From Fidelibacterota bacterium UBA7300 (GTDB taxonomy: Bacteria; Fidelibacterota; Marinisomatia; Marinisomatales; UBA2128): DNA of 36,954 bases. How positions within the stretch are numbered: position 1 is the stretch's first letter; the number at the start of each line of letters is the position of its first letter. Location: the NCBI GenBank assembly GCA_002471865.1, contig DKQU01000062.1, positions 1 to 36,954 on the forward strand, written 5' to 3'. Made by a program: the position numbers and the translations under genes. Below are positions 32,192 to 36,954 of this stretch, one piece after another. The notes below the pieces were generated by a model. The model did not search any database, was not told the origin of the DNA, and worked only from the letters and a program-made list of their open reading frames with translations.

Positions 32192-34105
32192 GTGTTTTAC
32201 TTGAAACGACTTTCTCTATTTCTTTTTTTGCTTTCTTTGAGTTATAGTCAAAGTGCATACTTTTCGGCAGGACTTACCGCTCAATACGGCAGCGGATTTC
32301 AATCGTCAATAGAAATCGGTGATACTACGCGTAATTCTTATGTTTTTCGTGAGCACACTCTTGATATAACAGCCGGTTATGGTAATTTCTCAATTTGGTC
32401 TAATTTTGAGTTCAGTTCTCCACCGCGGATAGGACCGGATCATCTGGGTCTGCGAAAGTTGCGGTTGATGTGGGAAAGCGATTATTTGTCTGTAAGCGCA
32501 GGTGATCTTTACGGGCAGTTTGGCCGAGGGTTGGCTCTAAATTTGTGGGAGAGTCAAGGGATTGACTGGGATTCGTCTCTTAGGGGAATCTGGCTCACTG
32601 CCCGTCCGACTGAGAAATTGACTGTAGATATAGTCAGTGGAAACAGTGCTGGGGGACGGCACCTACCAATAGGGCCGGGGGTGGACCCGAGAATTCGTGA
32701 TTTTTCGGAAGACGCCACAGTAAGCGCACTACTGCTCTCAGCTGATAATTTTCTGCCTAATCTATCACTCGGCCTCTACGGTGTGGATGTGGATGCTTTC
32801 AAACCGTGGTTCGGGAAGATGCAGAATCTATTTGGAGATGTGGAAACAGTGGATTCTGTTAATGTCCGTACTCGCTCGTTTTCCCCAGGTTTTTTCGTGG
32901 AATATTTCGGCAGAGATTATGATCTTTACGTTGAAGTGATGAAGCGGTCACTGGAGATTTTTGATACCGATAGCCTATATTCCACACCTTCTTTTGAATG
33001 GATATACTATGAGCGAGAGAGTAAAGGGTGGGGTGGTTATGCCAGTGTCTCGTATTATCCGGGGAAATTGGGTGTCACACTGGAATACAAGAATTATTTC
33101 TTCGACGATAGTCATCCTGATATTCGTACTAAATTACCTTATCACTTAGGTCGGTTGGCTCCTATCATGAATGGTCCCACTGCGTTCAAAGAATACAGTG
33201 CTGTATTAATGAGGAGAACTCCGCATATCATGGATTTTGAGGATGAAGTTGGAATCCAGGCTGAGGTCAATCTCAATGTGTCAGATGATCTTTTCCTGGT
33301 CTTCAATTATGCTCAAAGCAGTCGGCATACGGGTTTTCGGGATGTGAATTATATTGACGGTTATGATGGTTGGGAGAAAGTTGAGACTGAGTCATTATTA
33401 TGGTTTTCAGATAACGAAATGTTTTACCCTTTTAAAGAGTTCTACGGAGAATTCAATTACCACTATTCTCCTCTGAATTTAGATATAAGATTAATGGCTG
33501 CCCGCTCCAGCGAAATTGTAGAATCGTATGTGGAAATTATAAATGAACTGTCTTATTGGGAAAATCATACCCAAGAGCAGTTGGACTGGAAGAAAAGAAA
33601 TTTGTATACTCTTCCCACAGAGCTAACACTAAGCCTTCCCTCGGGTCATGGACTGACACTTTACTGGGAACATCAGTGGGAAGATTATAATGATAGAAAT
33701 TATCTAGTGTACAGGGATTTATCTTCGAGTGAAATTGACAGTGTTACTACAGATGAAATATTGACTGTTCCTTATTACTATCGATATGTTGCTCTTAACC
33801 TAAGCAAACCTTCCCGTTATTCCGCTGGATTCGTTTATGATTTTGCTTCAGGGATTAAAACTGGTTCCCCTCAAAATACAGATCCTGCAAACGACAGCTG
33901 GTTGGAAGAAATACTCCGTAATTCGGGAGTGGATATGACCAATAAATGGTTTGGAGTTCAAGGTTCCCTTTATCTGACTCCGGCAACAATCTTCAACGTG
34001 TTTTACGGTTCCCTCCAAGGCGGTCTAAAGTGTGACAGCGGAGTATGTGTTTATGTGCCGGGGATTGAGGATGCCTTTACGGTCACGATCACCAGCAACT
34101 TTTGA
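32192..34105 (+). CDS. outer-membrane beta-barrel protein, DUF6029-like
   Basis: Signal peptide; AGDLYGQFGRGL.L, alternating aromatic strands, C-terminal GGLKCDSGVCVYVPG...F; family assignment from memory. Confidence 0.7.
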   Translation: MFYLKRLSLFLFLLSLSYSQSAYFSAGLTAQYGSGFQSSIEIGDTTRNSYVFREHTLDITAGYGNFSIWSNFEFSSPPRIGPDHLGLRKLRLMWESDYLSVSAGDLYGQFGRGLALNLWESQGIDWDSSLRGIWLTARPTEKLTVDIVSGNSAGGRHLPIGPGVDPRIRDFSEDATVSALLLSADNFLPNLSLGLYGVDVDAFKPWFGKMQNLFGDVETVDSVNVRTRSFSPGFFVEYFGRDYDLYVEVMKRSLEIFDTDSLYSTPSFEWIYYERESKGWGGYASVSYYPGKLGVTLEYKNYFFDDSHPDIRTKLPYHLGRLAPIMNGPTAFKEYSAVLMRRTPHIMDFEDEVGIQAEVNLNVSDDLFLVFNYAQSSRHTGFRDVNYIDGYDGWEKVETESLLWFSDNEMFYPFKEFYGEFNYHYSPLNLDIRLMAARSSEIVESYVEIINELSYWENHTQEQLDWKKRNLYTLPTELTLSLPSGHGLTLYWEHQWEDYNDRNYLVYRDLSSSEIDSVTTDEILTVPYYYRYVALNLSKPSRYSAGFVYDFASGIKTGSPQNTDPANDSWLEEILRNSGVDMTNKWFGVQGSLYLTPATIFNVFYGSLQGGLKCDSGVCVYVPGIEDAFTVTITSNF

Positions 34106-34255
34106 ATTGAGTTCATTTTATTATTTTGAGTACTGGATGACAGTCTATTGAGTTAGGCTAATTTAGTATCCTATCACATTGAGCGTCAGATACCGTAGAA
34201 AAACGGCGGAAAAATCTTAAATTTTCAGTAAATTGTTTAATAACGGAAAAATGAT

Positions 34256-35836
34256 ATGAAAAAAACAGTTATAACGCTCCTTTTTTCATTTGGGTTTTTA
34301 TCTGCCCAAGTGTATAACATAGGAGATGTAGTTGCTGATTTCAATGATCCATATTGCGACAATGGTGAAGGAATATTACATCTCTATGACTATTTTTATG
34401 AGCAAAATGGCGGTGATCAATTTGTAATCTGGATCAATCTTTTTACCTCTTGGTGACCTTCCTGTCAATCGGAGGCTCCGATTACAGAAACCATTTATCA
34501 AACGTATAAAGATCAGGGATTGATTGTCATAGGTGCTGGGTTTCAGTGGAATCAACCTTACAGCTGTACTGAATGGGCATCCACATTTGGCATCACTTAT
34601 CCCATGGTGGATGACGATTCTCAAAGTATTTGGAACTTATTTGGTGAGGGGTATATTCCTCATAATGTAATAATTGACCATACCATGACTTTGCGGTATT
34701 CTGCTATTGGATTTAACCAATCGGCTGTTGTTAATACTATCGAAACTTACTTAGCTGAAATGTCTCAAGATTGGGATGAGGATAGTATTATGAACGATGA
34801 TGATAACTGTCCCAATGTCTATAATCCCGATCAGCTCGATACAGATGGAGACGGTCTTGGTGATGTATGTGATGACGATGATGACGGTGACGGTTGTCTC
34901 GATGAAGATGATGCTAATCCGTTGATTGCTTCTGGAGATGTTGACTACGACGGCATTGCTGATGACTGTGATGCTTGCGACAATCTAAATGTATTTGTCC
35001 TTGGAAATGTCAATGGTGATGTCTTAGACGGTGAGCCTCTGATTGATGTATTTGATGTTGTAGAACTTGTGACTAGCATGATTGGTGGGACATCTCTTAC
35101 AGAATGCGGCATGGAGGCAGGCGATCTCACTGGAGATGGTGAATATACTGTCCTAGATATTGTGAGTATAGTGAACCTGATTCTTGGATGGGCGGCAGGT
35201 GATATGTCAGGACCCTCTGGTTTCTCTACCGTTACTGTGAGTGAGGGAGTTGAGGAATCTTTGATCACTGTTTCGGCTGATGAAGAGATAGGTGGACTCG
35301 AATTCTTCATTGAAGGGGAAAATGTGGCTCTGAGTGAGTTACATCTCAATTCGACTAACTCTCATCTTCAGATAGCCACTGCCTCAGATGATGCAGGGAC
35401 AAGAGTTTTGATCTACGACTTAAGTGGTCAAAGCATTGAGGAGCTAGAGATAACAGTGGATAACCTGCAATACGCCCGAATCAAGGACGTTATTATCGGC
35501 AGCAGAAGAGGGAGTGAAATAAGTCATGCAGTCACTTATTCACGAAACGCAGCTTCCATCGGACTGCCATCTAATCCTACGCTGCATGATAATTTCCCCA
35601 ATCCCTTTAATCCGGTGACCACGATAAGCTTCAGTATACCTTATGAGACAACCGTTAATTTGGAAGTTTATAATCATCTGGGTCAGCTTATCGAAACGCT
35701 GGTTAATTACCAATTCATGTCAGCTGGTCAGTACGATTTTTCCTGGAATGCTTCTGAACAATCATCGGGTGTTTACTTCATCCGTATGCAGACTCCGGAA
35801 AAAACGTCCCTGAAAAAAGCTGTTCTCTTAAAGTAA
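34256..35836 (+). CDS. predicted secreted selenoprotein: redoxin (UxxC) + thrombospondin type 3 repeats + dockerin-like domain + T9SS/FlgD-type C-terminal domain (526 aa, Sec67 at 34454-34456)
   Basis: The two ORF-track entries are in frame; read-through gives WINLFTSW-U-PSCQSEAPITETIYQTYKDQGLIVIG; SECIS-like hairpin directly downstream. Confidence 0.88.
34462..34487 (+). promoter_or_regulatory. putative bacterial SECIS element
   Basis: CTGT-(C)-AATCGGA-GGC-TCCGATT-ACAG hairpin; stem starts at the 6th nt after the in-frame UGA, G-led apical loop about 18 nt from the UGA. Confidence 0.8.
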
Positions 35837-35859
35837 TTTTCACAAAAATACCAATTTGG

Positions 35860-35883
35860 AAAGGGGCTGAGAGCCCCTTTTTT
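35860..35883 (+). terminator. Rho-independent terminator
   Basis: AAAGGGGCT-GAG-AGCCCCTTT plus T-run, downstream of the 35836 stop. Confidence 0.9.
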
Positions 35884-35968
35884 ATTGAGTTAAAGTCGTT
35901 GTTGTCCATGAGTGAGAAAAGTAAATTCCCACGCTTTTTGAATAATTAATGAGAGCATTACCTCATTA

Positions 35969-36039
35969 TGGGGAGTCGTCTAATGGTAGGACAGCGGATT
36001 CTGGTTCCGTAAGTGAGGGTTCAACTCCTTCCTCCCCAG
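35969..36039 (+). tRNA. tRNA-Gln(CTG)
   Basis: TGGGGAG/CTCCCCA acceptor (U1:A72), GCGGA-TTCTGGT-TCCGT anticodon arm, GTTCAACTC. Confidence 0.95.
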
Positions 36040-36043
36040 CTTT

Positions 36044-36115
36044 GGCGCGTTCGTCTAGGGGTTAGGACGCTGGCCTCTCAAGCCGGTAACACGGGTTCGA
36101 TTCCCGTACGCGCTA
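36044..36115 (+). tRNA. tRNA-Glu(CTC)
   Basis: GGCGCGT/ACGCGCT acceptor, CTGGC-CTCTCAA-GCCGG anticodon arm, GGTTCGATTCC. Confidence 0.95.
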
Positions 36116-36128
36116 CAAAGTACTATTT

Positions 36129-36200
36129 GCCCAGTTAGTTCAATGGATAGAACACGTGGCTACGGACCACGAGATAGGGGTTCGAATCCTCTACTGGGTA
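36129..36200 (+). tRNA. tRNA-Arg(ACG)
   Basis: GCCCAGT/ACTGGGT acceptor, CGTGG-CTACGGA-CCACG anticodon arm, GGTTCGAATCC. Confidence 0.95.
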
Positions 36201-36355
36201 CTCGATATTTCTCTGGTTTAACGTTTTAACAAATTTTTATCTCAGTTATTGATTTCTTTATCTTCTGAAACTTATATTCTAAACGCCTAGAACTGTAAAG
36301 GCAAACGAGGTAAGAACTAAATATCAATGTCATAACCCGAAAAAGGGGGTAAACG

Positions 36356-36954
36356 TTGGATAAGAAGAAAATATTAGTTTCTGTCTACTCTGGATTTTTT
36401 ATGTTTTTCATTTTATGTCTTTGTACATCACCTGTCACGCTCATTGGACAGGATGATGAAGATGACGAAGGTACTTTCTGGGAGGATGAAGAAGACTTTG
36501 ATGAAGACACTACTGAGTATTACGAGGATGACGAATACTATGAAGATGACGAGTACTACGATGAAGAAGACACTACTGATTTTGAATATAGCGATGAAGA
36601 CACTTCAGAATTTGTCGAAGATGACTATGTCTATGGAGAGGATGAGGAAGACGATTTAACCGACTTGGAGTTCGCTGAGGAAGGTGATCGTCAAGGTTTC
36701 ACAGTTCAATTGTCATTCGCTTCTCCGGGTTATGTTAATCACACACTCGAAACATGGAATTCTAATATAGACTATCGTGTAAATGTTGACTTTCCAATGC
36801 TCATGGAGTTAGGGTCGACAAAATTCCGATTTGGACTTGAAGTGGCAACATTTTCCTTCTCTAATTATCTGCCAGTCGGTGGTGAGTTCTCTGGAATTGG
36901 AGCCATGGGTGTTTTAAGTTTCCCTGCTGGTCCCAGTACAGTGCAAATAGGTGG
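36356..36954 (+). CDS. exported hypothetical protein with hyper-acidic tract followed by a beta-strand-rich domain (3' truncated by window edge)
   Basis: TTG start after AAGGGGG RBS; MDKKKILVSVYSGFFMFFILCLCTSPVTLIGQDDEDDEG... open to the end of the window; absent from the ORF track. Confidence 0.8.
   Translation, partial: MDKKKILVSVYSGFFMFFILCLCTSPVTLIGQDDEDDEGTFWEDEEDFDEDTTEYYEDDEYYEDDEYYDEEDTTDFEYSDEDTSEFVEDDYVYGEDEEDDLTDLEFAEEGDRQGFTVQLSFASPGYVNHTLETWNSNIDYRVNVDFPMLMELGSTKFRFGLEVATFSFSNYLPVGGEFSGIGAMGVLSFPAGPSTVQIG
36515..36568 (+). repeat. imperfect 18-nt coding tandem repeat x3 (EYYEDD/EYYEDD/EYYDEE)
   Basis: gagtattacgaggatgac / gaatactatgaagatgac / gagtactacgatgaagaa. Confidence 0.7.

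Noticed and set aside
34454-34456. TGA read as a nonsense mutation (pseudogene) or as two separate genes
   Set aside because: The stop sits exactly at the catalytic Cys column, is followed by a SECIS-like hairpin, the halves complement each other (signal peptide upstream, rest of fold downstream) and no other lesions are visible. Not formally excluded without the sel genes.
35947-35968. TAATGAG...CTCATTA inverted repeat just before tRNA-Gln
   Set aside because: A short AT-rich 7-bp stem that could easily arise by chance.
36285-36350. AAAGGCAAAC resembling a c-di-GMP-I riboswitch start
   Set aside because: No following stem with GNRA tetraloop and no GCAAAG/second-stem elements were found.
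36444-36659. Met/Lys/Thr-rich 71-aa ORF
   Set aside because: Shifted-frame shadow of the GAT/GAA-rich acidic tract of the real ORF starting at 36356.

Overview
Bacterial chromosomal window, roughly 40% GC by eye and almost entirely + strand. The L2 'DHPMGGGEG' variant, the secY-map linkage and a T9SS/FlgD-type C-terminal sorting domain point to the FCB superphylum, possibly Ca. Marinimicrobia (inference). 1-14.4 kb is the S10-spc-alpha ribosomal cluster (rpsJ to rplQ, with secY, map and rpoA; adk and infA are absent here; rpmJ was missed by the ORF track). 14.4-30.3 kb is housekeeping: a GHL10-like hydrolase, a dienelactone-hydrolase-like protein, gdhA, comF, pgk, tpiA, secG, tRNA-Leu, a TPR protein, a HAD hydrolase, acpS, nnr, a VanZ-like protein, murA, two tRNA-Ser, gltX and glnS. 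30.4-35.9 kb is an envelope/redox locus, followed by tRNA-Gln/Glu/Arg and a truncated, extremely acidic exported protein. Main finding: ORFs 34256..34456 and 34520..35836 are in one frame and separated only by a TGA that falls in a thioredoxin-fold W-U-P-S-C motif. A strong SECIS-like hairpin follows immediately. This predicts a 526-aa secreted selenoprotein (redoxin + TSP3 repeats + dockerin-like + T9SS-type CTD), encoded next to a TlpA-like WCAPC reductase and an outer-membrane barrel with a C-terminal CxxxxC motif, which together may form a trans-envelope thiol/selenol redox relay. Also notable is ribosomal protein L5 with a ~100-aa histone-H1-like Lys-rich N-terminal extension.
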